Below, one piece after another: positions 44,201-59,200 of a stretch of DNA of 64,000 nt. The stretch is from contig CAXHJY010001633.1 of the NCBI GenBank assembly GCA_964016885.1, forward strand, positions 1 to 64,000, read 5' to 3'. Position 1 is the stretch's first letter; each line of letters begins with the position of its first letter. Made by a program: the position numbers and the translations under genes. The notes beneath the pieces were generated by a model, which had not been told where the DNA came from, did not search any database, and saw nothing but the letters and a program-made list of their open reading frames with translations. Source of the stretch: Eledone cirrhosa. Lineage: Eukaryota.

Positions 44201-47200
44201 TTCAATTGTTGGAATGGGTTGTGTGTTGTGTTCTGTGGAGGTGTGTGGCCTAGTGGTAAGGGTGTTGGACTGACCATCAGAATGTTGTAGGTTCAATTGC
44301 TGGACTGGATTGTGTGTTGTGTTCTATGGAAGTGTGTGGCCTAGTGGTAAAGGTGTTGGACTGACCATCAGGATGTTGTAGGTTCTATTGCTAGACTGGG
44401 TTGTGTGTTGTGTTCTGTGGAGGTGTGTGGCCTAGTGGTAAGGGTGTTGGACTGACCATCAGGATGTTGTAGGTTCTATTGCTAGACTGGGTTGTGTGTT
44501 GTGTTCTGTGGAGGTGTGTGGTCTAGTGGTAAGGGTGTTGGACTGACCATCAGGATGTTGTAGGTTCAATTGCTGGACTGGGTTGTGTTCTGTGGAGCTG
44601 TGTGGCCTAGTGGTAAGGGTGTTGGATTGACCATCAGGATGTTGTAGGTTCAATTGCTGGACTGGGTTGTGTGTTGTGTTCTGTGGAGGTGTGTGGCCTA
44701 GTGGTAAGGGTGTTGGACTGACCAACAAAATGTTGTATGTTCAATTGCTAGACTGGGTTGTGTGTTGTGTTCTGTGGAAGTGTGTGGCCTAGTGGTAAGG
44801 GTGTTGGATTGACCATCAGGATGTTGTAGGTTCAATTGCTGGACTGGGTTGTGTGTTGTGTTCTGTGGAGGTGTGTGGCCTAGTGGTAAGGGTGTTGGAC
44901 TGACCATCAGAACGTTGTAGGTTCAATTGCTGGACTGGGTTGTGTGTTGTGTTCTGTGGAGGTGTGTGGCCTAGTGGTAAGGGTGTTGGACTGACCATCA
45001 GGATGTTGTAGGTTCAATTGCTGGACTGGGTTGTGTGTTGTGTTCTGTGGAAGTGTGTGGCCTAGTGGTAAGGGTGTTGGACTGACCATCAGAATGTTGT
45101 ATGTTCAATTGCTAGACTGGGTTTTGTGTTGTGTTCTGTGGAGGTGTGTGGCCTAGTGTTAAGGGTGTTGGACTGACCATCAGAATGTTGTAGGTTCAAT
45201 TGCTGGACTGGGTTGTGTGTTGTGTTCTGTGGAGGTGTGTGGCCTAGTGGTAAGGGTGTTGGACTGACCATCAGGATGTTGTAGGTTCAATTGCTGGACT
45301 GGGTTGTGTGTTGTGTTCTGTGGAGGTGTGTGGCCTAGTGGTAAGGGTGTTGGACTGACCATCAGGATGTTGTAGGTTCTATTGCTGGACTGGGTTGTGT
45401 GTTGTGTTCTCTGGAGGTGTGTGGTCTAGTGGTAAGGGTGTTGGACTGACCATCAGAATGTTGTAGGTTCAATTGCTGGACTGGGTTGTGTGTTGTGTTC
45501 TGAGGAAGTGTGTGGCCTAGTGGTAAGGGTGTTGGACTGACCATCAGGATGTTGTAGGTTCAATTGCTGGACTGGGTTGTGTGTTGTGTTCTGTGGAAGT
45601 GTGTGACCTAGTGGTATGGGTGTGGGACTGACCATCAGGATGTTGTAGGTTCAATTGCTAGACTGGGTTGTGTGTTGTGTTCTGTGGAGGTGTGTGGCCT
45701 AGTGGTAAGGGTGTTGGACTGACCATCAGAATGTTGTAGGTTCAATTGTTGGAATGGGTTGTGTGTTGTGTTCTGTGGAGGTGTGTGGCCTAGTGGTAAG
45801 GGTGTTGGACTGACCATCAGAATGTTGTAGGTTCAATTGCTGGACTGGATTGTGTGTTGTGTTCTATGGAAGTGTGTGGCCTAGTGGTAAAGGTGTTGGA
45901 CTGACCATCAGGATGTTGTAGGTTCTATTGCTAGACTGGGTTGTGTGTTGTGTTCTGTGGAGGTGTGTGGCCTAGTGGTAAGGGTGTTGGACTGACCATC
46001 AGGATGTTGTAGGTTCTATTGCTAGACTGGGTTGTGTGTTGTGTTCTGTGGAGGTGTGTGGTCTAGTGGTAAGGGTGTTGGACTGACCATCAGGATGTTG
46101 TAGGTTCAATTGCTGGACTGGGTTGTGTTCTGTGGAGCTGTGTGGCCTAGTGGTAAGGGTGTTGGATTGACCATCAGGATGTTGTAGGTTCAATTGCTGG
46201 ACTGGGTTGTGTGTTGTGTTCTGTGGAGGTGTGTGGCCTAGTGGTAAGGGTGTTGGACTGACCATCAAAATGTTGTATGTTCAATTGCTAGACTGGGTTG
46301 TGTGTTGTGTTCTGTGGAAGTGTGTGGCCTAGTGGTAAGGGTGTTGGATTGACCATCAGGATGTTGTAGGTTCAATTGCTGGACTGGGTTGTGTGTTGTG
46401 TTCTGTGGAGGTGTGTGGCCTAGTGGTAAGGGTGTTGGACTGACCATCAGAACGTTGTAGGTTCAATTGCTGGACTGGGTTGTGTGTTGTGTTCTGTGGA
46501 GGTGTGTGGCCTAGTGGTAAGGGTGTTGGACTGACCATCAGAATGTTGTAGGTTCAATTGCTGGACTGGGTTGTGTGTTGTGTTCTGTGGAAGTGTGTGG
46601 CCTAGTGGTAAGGGTGTTGGACTGACCATCAGAATGTTGTATGTTCAATTGCTAGACTGGGTTTTGTGTTGTGTTCTGTGGAGGTGTGTGGCCTAGTGGT
46701 AAGGGTGTTGGACTGACCATCAGAATGTTGTAGGTTCAATTGCTGGACTGGGTTGTGTGTTGTGTTCTGTGGAGGTGTGTGGCCTAGTGGTAAGGGTGTT
46801 GGACTGACCATCAGGATGTTGTATGTTCAATTGCTAGACTGGGTTGTGTGTTGTGTTCTGTGGAGGCGTGTGGCCTAGTGGTAAGGGTGTTGGACTGACC
46901 ATCAGGTTGTCGTGGGTTCATTTGCTAGACTTGGTTGTGTGTTGTGTTCTGTGGAGGTGTGTGGCCTAGTGGTAAGGGTGTTGGACTGACCATCAGAATG
47001 TTGTAGGTTCAATTGCTAGACTGGGTTGTGTGTTGTGTTCTGTGGAGGTGTGTGGCCTAGTGGTAAGGGTGTTGGACTGACCATCAAAATGTTGTATGTT
47101 CAATTGCTAGACTGGGTTGTGTGTTGTGTTCTGTGGAAGTGTGTGGCCTAGTGGTAAGGGTGTTGGATTGACCATCAGGATGTTGTAGGTTCAATTGCTG

Positions 47201-50200
47201 GACTGGGTTGTGTGTTGTGTTCTGTGGAGCTGAGTGGCCTAGTGGTAAGGGTGTTGGATTGACCATCAGGATGTTGTAGGTTCAATTGCTGGAATGGGTT
47301 GTGTGTTGTGTTCTGTGGAGGTGTGTGGCCTAGTGGTAAGGGTGTTGGACTGACCATCAGGATGTTGTAGGTTCTATTGCTGGACTGGGTTGTGTGTTGT
47401 GTTCTGTGGAGGTGTGTGGCCTAGTGGTAAGGGTGTTGGACTGACCATCAGAATGTTGTAGGTTCAATTGCTAGACTGGGTTGTGTGTTGTGTTCTGTGG
47501 AGGTGTGTGGCCTAGTGGTAAGGGTGTTGGACTGACCATCAGGATGTTGTAGGTTCTATTGCTGGACTGGGTTGTGTGTTGTGTTCTGTGGAGGTGTGTG
47601 GCCTAGTGGTAAGGGTGTTGGACTGACCATCAGAATGTTGTAGGTTCAATTGCTAGACTGTGTTGTGTGTTGTGTTCTGTGGAGGTGTGTGGCCTAGTGG
47701 TAAAGGTGTTGGACTGACCATCAGAATGTTGTAGGTTCAATTGCTGGACTGGGTTGTGTGTTGTGTTCTGTGGAGGTGTGTGGCCTAGTGGTAAGGGTGT
47801 TGGACTGACCATCAGAATGTTGTAGGTTCAATTGCTGGACTGGGTTGTGTGTTGTGTTCTGTTGAGGTGTGTGGCCTAGTGGTAAGGGTGTTGGACTGAC
47901 CATCAGGATGTTGTATGTTCAATTGCTAGACTGGGTTGTGTGTTGTGTTCTGTGGAGGTGTGTGGCCTAGTGGTAAGGGTGTTGGACTGACCATCAGGAT
48001 GTCGTGGGTTCATTTGCTAGACTTGGTTGTGTGTTGTGTTCTGTGGAGAGGTGTGGCCTAGTGGTAAGGGTGTTGGACTGACCATCAGGATGTTGTAGGT
48101 TCAATTGCTGGACTGGGTTGTGTGTTGTGTTCTGTGGAGGTGTGTGGTCTAGTGGTAAGGGTGTTGGACTGACCATCAGGATGTTGTAGGTTCAATTGAT
48201 GGACTGGGTTGTGTGTTGTGTTCTGTGGAGGTGTGTGGCTTAGTGGTAAGGGTGTTGGACTGACCATCAGGATGTTGTAGGTTCAATTGCTAGACTGGGT
48301 TGTGTTGTGTTCTGTGGAGAGGTGTGGCCTAGTGGTAAGGGTGTTGGACTGACCATCAGGATGTTGTAGGTTCAATTGCTAGACTGGGTTGTGTGTTGTG
48401 TTCTGTGGAGGTGTGTGGCCTAGTGGTAAGGGTGTTGGACTGACCATCAGGATGTTGTAGGCTCAATTGCTGGACTGGGTTGTGTGTTGTGTTCTGTGGA
48501 AGTGTGTGGCCTAGTGGTAAGGGTGTGGGACTGACCATCAGGATGTTGTATGTTCAATTGTTGGACTGGGTTGTGTGTTGTGTTCTGTGGAGGTGTGTGG
48601 CCTAGTGGTAAGGGTGTTGGACTGATCATCAGAATGTTGTAGGTTCAATTGCTGGACTGGGTTGTGTGTTGTGTTCTGTGGAGGTGTGTGGCCTAGTGGT
48701 AAGGGTGTTGGACTGACCATCAGAATGTTGTAGGTTCAATTGCTGGACTGGGTTGTGTGTTGTGTTCTGTGGAAGTGTGTGGCCTAGTTGTAAGGGTGTT
48801 GGACTGACCATCAGGATGTTGTAGGTTCAATTGCTAGACTGGGTTGTGTGTTGTGTTCTGTGGAAGTGTGTGGCCTAGTGGTAAGGGTGTTGGACTGACA
48901 ATCAGGATGTTGTAGGTTCTATTGCTAGACTGGGTTGTGTGTTGTGTTCTGTGGAGGTGTGTGGCCTAGTGGTAAGGGTGTTGGACTGACCATCAGAATG
49001 TTGTATGTTCAATTGCTAGACTGGGTTTTGTGTTGTGTTCTGTGGAGGTGTGTGGCCTAGTGGTAAGGGTGTTGGACTGACCATCAGAATGTTGTAGGTT
49101 CAATTGCTGGACTGGGTTGTGTGTTGTGTTTTGTGGAAGTGTGTGGCCTAGTGGTAAGGGTGTTGGACTGACCATCAGAATGTTGTATGTTCAATTGCTA
49201 GACTGGGTTGTGTGTTGTGTTCTGTGGAGGTGTGTGGCCTAGTGGTAAGGGTGTTGGACTGACCATCATAATGTTGTAGGTTCAATTGCTAGACTGGGTT
49301 GTGTGTTGTGTTCTGTGGAGGTGTGTGGGCTAGTGGTAAGGGTGTTGGACTGACCATCAGAATGTTGTATGTTCAATTGCTGGACTGGGTTGTGTGTTGT
49401 GTTCTGTGGAGGTGTGTGGCCTAGTGGTAAGGGTGTTGGACTGACCATCAAAATGTTGTAGGTTCAATTGCTAGACTGGGTTGTGTGTTGTGTTCTGTGG
49501 AGGTGTGTGGCCTAGTGGTAAGGGTGTTGGACTGACCATCAGAATGTTGTAGGTTCAATTGCTGGACTGGGTTGTGTGTTGTGTTCTGTGGAGGTGTGTG
49601 GCCTAGTGGTAAGGGTGTTGGACTGACCATCAGGATGTTGTAGGTTCAATTGCTAGACTGGGTTGTGTGTTGTGTTCTGTGGAGGTGTGTGGCCTAGTGG
49701 TAAGGGTGTTGGACTGACCATCAGAATGTTGTAGGTTCAATTCCAGGACTGGGTTGTGTGTTGTCTTCTCTTGAGGTGTGTGGCCTAGTGGTAAGGGTGT
49801 TGGACTGACCATCAGAATGTTGTAGGTTCAATCGCTGGACTGGATTGTGTGTTGTGTTCTATGGAAGTGTGTGGCCTAGTGGTAAGTGTGTTGGACTGAC
49901 CATTAGGATGTTGTAGGTTCAATTGCTGGACTGGGTTGTGTGTTGTATTCTATGGAAGTGTGTGGCCTAGTGGTAAGGGTGTGGACTGACCATCAGGATG
50001 TTGTAGGTTCAATTGCTAGACTGGGTTGTGTGTTGTGTTCTGTGGAAGTGTGTGGCCTAGTGGTAAGGGTATTGGACTGACCATCAGGATGTTGTAGGTT
50101 CTATTGCTAGACTGGGTTGTGTGTTGTGTTCTGTGGAGGTGTGTGGCCTAGTGGTAAGGGTGTTGGACTGACCATCAGAATGTTGTAGGTTCAATTGCTG

Positions 50201-53200
50201 GACTGGGTTGTGTGTTGTGTTCTGTGGAAGTGTGTGGCCTAGTGGTAAGGGTGTTGGACTGACCATCAGGATGTTGTATGTTCAATTGCTAGACTGGGTT
50301 TTGTGTTGTGTTCTGTGGAGGTGTGTGGCCTAGTGGTAAGGGTGTTGGACTGACCATCAGAATGTTGTATGTTCAATTGCTAGACTGGGTTTTGTGTTGT
50401 GTTCTGTTGAGGTGTGTGGCCTAGTGGTAAGGGTGTTGGACTGACCATCAGAATGTTGTAGGTTCAATTGCTGGACTGGGTTGTGTGTTGTGTTCTGTGG
50501 AGGTGTGTGGCCTAGTGGTAAGGGTGTTGGACTGACCATCAGGATGTTGTAGGTTCAATCGCTGGACTGGGTTGTGTTCTGTGGAGGTGTGTGGCCTAGT
50601 GGTAAGGGTGTTGGATTGACCATCAGGATGTTGTAGGTTCAATTGCTGGACAGGGTTGTGTGTTGTGTTCTGTGGAAGTGTGTGGCCTAGTGGTAAGGGT
50701 GTTGGATTGACCATCAGGATGTTGTAGGTTCAATTGCTGGACTGGGTTGTGTTCTGTGGAGGTGTGTGGCCTAGTGGTAAGGGTGTTGGATTGACCATCA
50801 GGATGTTGTAGGTTCAATTGCTGGACTGGGTTGTGTGTTGTGTTCTGTGGAGGTGTGTGGCCTAGTGGTAAGGGTGTTGGACCGACCATCAGGATGTTGT
50901 AGGTTCTATTGCTAGACTGGGTTGTGTGTTGTGTTCTGTGGAGGTGTGTGGCCTAGTGGTAAGGGTGTTGGACTGACCATCAGAATGTTGTAGGTTCAAT
51001 TGCTAGACTGGGTTGTGTGTTGTGTTCTGTGGAGGTGTGTGGTCTAGTGGTAAGGGTGTTGGACTGATCATCAGAATGTTGTAGGTTCATTTGCTGGACT
51101 GGGTTGTGTGTTGTGTTCTGTGGAGGTGTGTGGCCTAGTGGTAAGGGTGTTGGACTGATCACCAGGATGTTGTAGGTTCAATTGCTAGACTGGGTTGTGT
51201 GTTGTGTTCTGTGGAGGTGTGTGGCCTAGTGGTAAGGGTGTTGGACTGACCATCAGAATGTTGTAGGTTCAATTGCTAGACTGGGTTGTGTGTTGTGTTC
51301 TGTGGAGGTGTGTGGCCTAGTGGTAAGGGTGTTGGACTGACCATCAGAATGTTGTAGGTTCAATTGCTAGACTGGGTTGTGTGTTGTGTTCTGTGGAGGT
51401 GTGTGGTCTAGTGGTAAGGGTGTTGGACTGATCATCAGAATGTTGTAGGTTCATTTGCTGGACTGGGTTGTGTGTTGTGTTCTGTGGAGGTGTGTGGCCT
51501 AGTGGTAAGGGTGTTGGACTGACCATCAGAATGTTGTAGGTTCATTTGCTGGACTGGGTTGTGTGTTGTGTTCTGTGGAGGTGTGTGGCCTAGTGGTAAG
51601 GGTGTTGGACTGACCATCAGGATGTTGTAGGTTCAATTGCTGGACTGGGTTGTGTGTTGTGTTCTGTGGAGGTGTGTAGCCTAGTGGTAAGGGTGTTGGA
51701 CTGACCATCAGGATGTTGTAGGTTCAATTACTGGACTGGGTTGTGTTCTCTGGAGGTGTGTCTCCTAGTGGTAAGGGTGTTGGACTGACCATCAGGATGT
51801 TGTAGGTTCAATTGCTGGACTGGGTTGTGTGTTGTGTTCTGTGGAGGTGTGTGGCCTAGTGGTAAGGGTGTTGGACTGACCATCAGGATGTTGTAGGTTC
51901 AATTGCTGGACTGGGTTGTGCTCTGTGGAGGTGTGTGGCCTAGTGGTAAGGGTGTTGGATTGACCATCAGGATGTTGTATGTTCAATTGCTGGACTGGGT
52001 TGTGTGTTGTGTTCTGTGGAGGTGTTTGGCCTAGTGGTAAGGGTGTTGGACTGACCATCAGAATGTTGTATGTTCAATTGCTAGACTGGGTTGTGTGTTG
52101 TGTTCTGTGGAGGTGTTTGGCCTAGTGGTAAGGGTGTTGGACTGACCATCAGAATGTTGTATGTTCAATTGCTAGACTGGGTTGTGTGTTGTGTTCTGTG
52201 GAAGTGTGTGGCCTAGTGGTAAGGGTGTTGGACTGACCATCAGAATGTTGTAGGTTCAATTGCTAGACTGGGTTGTGTGTTGTGTTCTGTGGAAGTGTGT
52301 GGCCTAGTGGTAAGGGTGTTGGACTGACCATCAGAATGTTGTAGGTTCAATTGCTAGACTGGGTTGTGTGTTGTGTTCTGTGGAGGTGTGTGGCCGAGTG
52401 GTAAGGGTGTTGGACTGACCATCAGAATGTTGTAGGTTCAATTGCTAGACTGGGTTGTGTGTTGTGTTTTGTGGAGGTGTGTGGCCTAGTGGTAAGGGTG
52501 TTGGATTGACCATCAGGATGTTGTAGGTTCAATTGCTGGACTGGGTTGTGTGTTGTGTTCTGTGGAGGCGTGTGGCCTAGTGGTAAGGGTGTTGGATTGA
52601 CCATCAGGATGTTGTAGGTTCAATTGCTGGACTGGGTTGTGTGTTGTGTTCTGTGGAGGTGTGTGGCCTAGTGGTAAGGGTGTTGGATTGACCATCAGGA
52701 TGTTGTAGGTTCAATTGCTGGACTGGGTTGTGTGTTGTGTTCTGTGGAGGTGTGTGGCCTAGTGGTAAGGGTGTTGGATTGACCATCAGGATGTTGTAGG
52801 TTCAATTGCTGGACTGGGTTGTGTGTTGTGTTCTGTGGAGGCGTGTGGCCTAGTGGTAAGGGTGTTGGATTGACCATCAGGATGTTGTAGGTTCAATTGC
52901 TGGACTGGGTTGTGTGTTGTGTTCTGTGGAGGTGTGTGGCCGAGTGGTAAGGGTGTTGGACTGACCATCAGAATGTTGTATGTTCAATTGCTGGACTGGG
53001 TTGTGTGTTGTGTTCTGTGGAAGTGTGTGGCCTAGTGGTAAGGTTGTTGGATGGACCATCAGGATGTTGTAGGTTCTATTGCTAGACTGGGTTGTGTGTT
53101 GTGTTCTGTGGAGGTGTGTGGCCTAGTGGTAAGGGTGTTGGACTGACCATCAGGATGTTGTAGGTTCAATTGCTGGACTAGGTTGTGTGTTGTGTTCTGT

Positions 53201-56200
53201 TGAGGTGTGTGGCCTAGTGGTAAGGGTGTTGGACTGACCATCAGGATGTTGTAGGTTCAATTGCTGGACTGGGTTGTGTGTTGTGTTCTGTGGAGGTGTG
53301 TGGCCTAGTGGTAAGGGTGTTGGACTGACCATCAGAATGTTGTAGGTTCAATTGCTAGACTGGGTTGTGTGTTGTGTTCTGTGGAAGTGTGTGGCCTAGT
53401 GGTAAGGGTGTTGGACTGACCATCAGAATGTTGTAGGTTCAATTGCTAGACTGGGTTGTGTGTTGTGTTCTGTGGAGGTGTGTGGCCTAGTGGTAAAGGT
53501 GTTGGACTGACCATCAGAATGTTGTAGGTTCAATTGCTAGACTGGGTTGTGTGTTGTGTTCTGTGGAAGTGTGTGGCCTAGTGGTAAGGGTGTTGGACTG
53601 ACCATCAGAATGTTGTATGTTCAATTGCTAGACTCGGTTGTGTGTTGTGTTCTGTGGAGGTGTGTGGCCTAGTGGTAAAGGTGTTGGACTGACCATCAGA
53701 ATGTTGTAGGTTCAATTGCTAGACTGGGTTGTGTGTTGTGTTCTGTGGAGGTGTGTGGCCTAGTGGTAAAGGTGTTGGACTGACCATCAGAATGTTGTAG
53801 GTTCAATTGCTAGACTGGGTTGTGTGTTGTGTTCTGTGCAAGTGTGTGGCCTAGTGGTAAGGGTGTTGGACTGACCATCAGAATGTTGTAGGTTCAATTG
53901 CTGGACTGGGTTGTGTGTTGTGTTCTGTGGAGGTGTGTGGCCTAGTGGTAAGGGTGTTGGACTGACCATCAGGATGTTGTAGGTTCAATTGCTAGACTGT
54001 GTTGTGTTCTGTGGAGGTGTGTGGCCTAGTGGTAAGGGTGTTGGACTGACCATCAGGATGTTGTAGGTAAAATTGCTAGACTGGGTTGTGTTCTGTGGAG
54101 GTGTGTGGCCTAGTGGTAAGGGTGTTGGACTGACCATCAGAATGTTGTAGGTTCAATTGCTAGACTGTGTTGTGTTCTGTGGAGGTGTGTGGCCTAGTGG
54201 TAAGGGTGTTGGACTCACCATCAGGATGTTGTAGGTTCAATTGCTAGACTGGGTTGTGTTCTGTTGAGGTGTGTGGCCTAGTGGTAAGGGTGTTGGACTG
54301 ACCATCAGAATGTTGTAGGTTCAATTGCTAGACTGGGTTGTGTGTTGTGTTCTGTGCAGGTGTGTGGCCTAGTGGTAAAGGTGTTCGACTGACCATCAGA
54401 ATGTTGTAGGTTCAATTGCTGGACTGGGTTGTGTGTTGTGTTCTGTGGAGGTGTGTGGCCTAGTGGTAAGGGTGTTGGACTGACCATCAGAATGTTGTAT
54501 GTTCAATTGCTAGACTGGGTTGTGTGTTGTGTTCTGTGGAAGTGTGTGGCCTAGTGGTAAGGTTGTTGGATGGACCATCAGGATGTTGTAGGTTCTATTG
54601 CTAGACTGGGTTGTGTGTTGTGTTCTGTGGAGGTGTGTGGTCTAGTGGTAAGGGTGTTGGACTGATCATCAGAATGTTGTAGGTTCATTTGCTGGACTGG
54701 GTTGTGTGTTGTGTTCTGTGGAGGTGTGTGGCCTAGTGGTAAGGGTGTTGGACTGACCATCAGAATGTTGTAGGTTCAATTGCTGGACTGGGTTGTGTGT
54801 TGTGTTCTGTGGAGGTGTGTGGCCTAGTGGTAAGGGTGTTGGACTGACCATCAGGATGTTGTAGGTTCAATTGCTGGACTGGGTTGTGCTCTGTGGAGGT
54901 GTGTGGCCTAGTGGTAAGGGTGTTGGATTGACCATCAGGATGTTGTATGTTCAATTGCTGGACTGGGTTGTGTGTTGTGTTCTGTGGAGGTGTTTGGCCT
55001 AGTGGTAAGGGTGTTGGACTGACCATCAGAATGTTGTATGTTCAATTGCTAGACTGGGTTGTGTGTTGTGTTCTGTGGAGGTGTTTGGCCTAGTGGTAAG
55101 GGTGTTGGACTGACCATCAGAATGTTGTATGTTCAATTGCTAGACTGGGTTGTGTGTTGTGTTCTGTGGAAGTGTGTGGCCTAGTGGTAAGGGTGTTGGA
55201 CTGACCATCAGAATGTTGTAGGTTCAATTGCTAGACTGGGTTGTGTGTTGTGTTCTGTGGAAGTGTGTGGCCTAGTGGTAAGGGTGTTGGACTGACCATC
55301 AGAATGTTGTAGGTTCAATTGCTAGACTGGGTTGTGTGTTGTGTTCTGTGGAGGTGTGTGGCCGAGTGGTAAGGGTGTTGGACTGACCATCAGAATGTTG
55401 TAGGTTCAATTGCTAGACTGGGTTGTGTGTTGTGTTTTGTGGAGGTGTGTGGCCTAGTGGTAAGGGTGTTGGATTGACCATCAGGATGTTGTAGGTTCAA
55501 TTGCTGGACTGGGTTGTGTGTTGTGTTCTGTGGAGGCGTGTGGCCTAGTGGTAAGGGTGTTGGATTGACCATCAGGATGTTGTAGGTTCAATTGCTGGAC
55601 TGGGTTGTGTGTTGTGTTCTGTGGAGGTGTGTGGCCTAGTGGTAAGGGTGTTGGATTGACCATCAGGATGTTGTAGGTTCAATTGCTGGACTGGGTTGTG
55701 TGTTGTGTTCTGTGGAGGTGTGTGGCCTAGTGGTAAGGGTGTTGGATTGACCATCAGGATGTTGTAGGTTCAATTGCTGGACTGGGTTGTGTGTTGTGTT
55801 CTGTGGAGGCGTGTGGCCTAGTGGTAAGGGTGTTGGATTGACCATCAGGATGTTGTAGGTTCAATTGCTGGACTGGGTTGTGTGTTGTGTTCTGTGGAGG
55901 TGTGTGGCCGAGTGGTAAGGGTGTTGGACTGACCATCAGAATGTTGTATGTTCAATTGCTGGACTGGGTTGTGTGTTGTGTTCTGTGGAAGTGTGTGGCC
56001 TAGTGGTAAGGTTGTTGGATGGACCATCAGGATGTTGTAGGTTCTATTGCTAGACTGGGTTGTGTGTTGTGTTCTGTGGAGGTGTGTGGCCTAGTGGTAA
56101 GGGTGTTGGACTGACCATCAGGATGTTGTAGGTTCAATTGCTGGACTAGGTTGTGTGTTGTGTTCTGTTGAGGTGTGTGGCCTAGTGGTAAGGGTGTTGG

Positions 56201-59200
56201 ACTGACCATCAGGATGTTGTAGGTTCAATTGCTGGACTGGGTTGTGTGTTGTGTTCTGTGGAGGTGTGTGGCCTAGTGGTAAGGGTGTTGGACTGACCAT
56301 CAGAATGTTGTAGGTTCAATTGCTAGACTGGGTTGTGTGTTGTGTTCTGTGGAAGTGTGTGGCCTAGTGGTAAGGGTGTTGGACTGACCATCAGAATGTT
56401 GTAGGTTCAATTGCTAGACTGGGTTGTGTGTTGTGTTCTGTGGAGGTGTGTGGCCTAGTGGTAAAGGTGTTGGACTGACCATCAGAATGTTGTAGGTTCA
56501 ATTGCTAGACTGGGTTGTGTGTTGTGTTCTGTGGAAGTGTGTGGCCTAGTGGTAAGGGTGTTGGACTGACCATCAGAATGTTGTATGTTCAATTGCTAGA
56601 CTCGGTTGTGTGTTGTGTTCTGTGGAGGTGTGTGGCCTAGTGGTAAAGGTGTTGGACTGACCATCAGAATGTTGTAGGTTCAATTGCTAGACTGGGTTGT
56701 GTGTTGTGTTCTGTGGAGGTGTGTGGCCTAGTGGTAAAGGTGTTGGACTGACCATCAGAATGTTGTAGGTTCAATTGCTAGACTGGGTTGTGTGTTGTGT
56801 TCTGTGCAAGTGTGTGGCCTAGTGGTAAGGGTGTTGGACTGACCATCAGAATGTTGTAGGTTCAATTGCTGGACTGGGTTGTGTGTTGTGTTCTGTGGAG
56901 GTGTGTGGCCTAGTGGTAAGGGTGTTGGACTGACCATCAGGATGTTGTAGGTTCAATTGCTAGACTGTGTTGTGTTCTGTGGAGGTGTGTGGCCTAGTGG
57001 TAAGGGTGTTGGACTGACCATCAGGATGTTGTAGGTAAAATTGCTAGACTGGGTTGTGTTCTGTGGAGGTGTGTGGCCTAGTGGTAAGGGTGTTGGACTG
57101 ACCATCAGAATGTTGTAGGTTCAATTGCTAGACTGTGTTGTGTTCTGTGGAGGTGTGTGGCCTAGTGGTAAGGGTGTTGGACTCACCATCAGGATGTTGT
57201 AGGTTCAATTGCTAGACTGGGTTGTGTTCTGTTGAGGTGTGTGGCCTAGTGGTAAGGGTGTTGGACTGACCATCAGAATGTTGTAGGTTCAATTGCTAGA
57301 CTGGGTTGTGTGTTGTGTTCTGTGCAGGTGTGTGGCCTAGTGGTAAAGGTGTTCGACTGACCATCAGAATGTTGTAGGTTCAATTGCTGGACTGGGTTGT
57401 GTGTTGTGTTCTGTGGAGGTGTGTGGCCTAGTGGTAAGGGTGTTGGACTGACCATCAGAATGTTGTATGTTCAATTGCTAGACTGGGTTGTGTGTTGTGT
57501 TCTGTGGAAGTGTGTGGCCTAGTGGTAAGGTTGTTGGATGGACCATCAGGATGTTGTAGGTTCTATTGCTAGACTGGGTTGTGTGTTGTGTTCTGTGGAG
57601 GTGTGTGGTCTAGTGGTAAGGGTGTTGGACTGATCATCAGAATGTTGTAGGTTCATTTGCTGGACTGGGTTGTGTGTTGTGTTCTGTGGAGGTGTGTGGC
57701 CTAGTGGTAAGGGTGTTGGACTGACCATCAGAATGTTGTAGGTTCATTTGCTGGACTGGGTTGTGTGTTGTGTTCTGTGGAGGTGTGTGGCCTAGTGGTA
57801 AGGGTGTTGGACTGACCATCAGGATGTTGTAGGTTCAATTGCTAGACTGGGTTGTGTGTTGTGTTCTGTGGAGGTGTGTGGCCTAGTGGTAAGGGTGTTG
57901 GACTGACCATCAGAATGTTGTAGGTTCAATTGCTAGACTGGGTTGTGTGTTGTGTTCTGTGGAGGTGTGTGGCCTAGTGGTAAGGGTGTTGGACTGACCA
58001 TCAGAATGTTGTAGGTTCAATTGCTAGACTGGGTTGTGTGTTGTGTTCTGTGGAGGTGTGTGGTCTAGTGGTAAGGGTGTTGGACTGATCATCAGAATGT
58101 TGTAGGTTCATTTGCTGGACTGGGTTGTGTGTTGTGTTCTGTGGAGGTGTGTGGCCTAGTGGTAAGGGTGTTGGACTGACCATCAGAATGTTGTAGGTTC
58201 ATTTGCTGGACTGGGTTGTGTGTTGTGTTCTGTGGAGGTGTGTGGCCTAGTGGTAAGGGTGTTGGACTGACCATCAGGATGTTGTAGGTTCAATTGCTGG
58301 ACTGGGTTGTGTGTTGTGTTCTGTGGAGGTGTGTGGCCTAGTGGTAAGGGTGTTGGACTGACCATCAGGATGTTGTAGGTTCAATTACTGGACTGGGTTG
58401 TGTTCTCTGGAGGTGTGTCTCCTAGTGGTAAGGGTGTTGGACTGACCATCAGGATGTTGTAGGTTCAATTGCTGGACTGGGTTGTGTGTTGTGTTCTGTG
58501 GAGGTGTGTGGCCTAGTGGTAAGGGTGTTGGACTGACCATCAGGATGTTGTAGGTTCAATTGCTGGACTGGGTTGTGCTCTGTGGAGGTGTGTGGCCTAG
58601 TGGTAAGGGTGTTGGATTGACCATCAGGATGTTGTATGTTCAATTGCTGGACTGGGTTGTGTGTTGTGTTCTGTGGAGGTGTTTGGCCTAGTGGTAAGGG
58701 TGTTGGACTGACCATCAGAATGTTGTATGTTCAATTGCTAGACTGGGTTGTGTGTTGTGTTCTGTGGAGGTGTTTGGCCTAGTGGTAAGGGTGTTGGACT
58801 GACCATCAGAATGTTGTATGTTCAATTGCTAGACTGGGTTGTGTGTTGTGTTCTGTGGAAGTGTGTGGCCTAGTGGTAAGGGTGTTGGACTGACCATCAG
58901 AATGTTGTAGGTTCAATTGCTAGACTGGGTTGTGTGTTGTGTTCTGTGGAAGTGTGTGGCCTAGTGGTAAGGGTGTTGGACTGACCATCAGAATGTTGTA
59001 GGTTCAATTGCTAGACTGGGTTGTGTGTTGTGTTCTGTGGAGATGTGTGGCCGAGTGGTAAGGGTGTTGGACTGACCATCAGAATGTTGTAGGTTCAATT
59101 GCTAGACTGGGTTGTGTGTTGTGTTTTGTGGAGGTGTGTGGCCTAGTGGTAAGGGTGTTGGATTGACCATCAGGATGTTGTAGGTTCAATTGCTGGACTG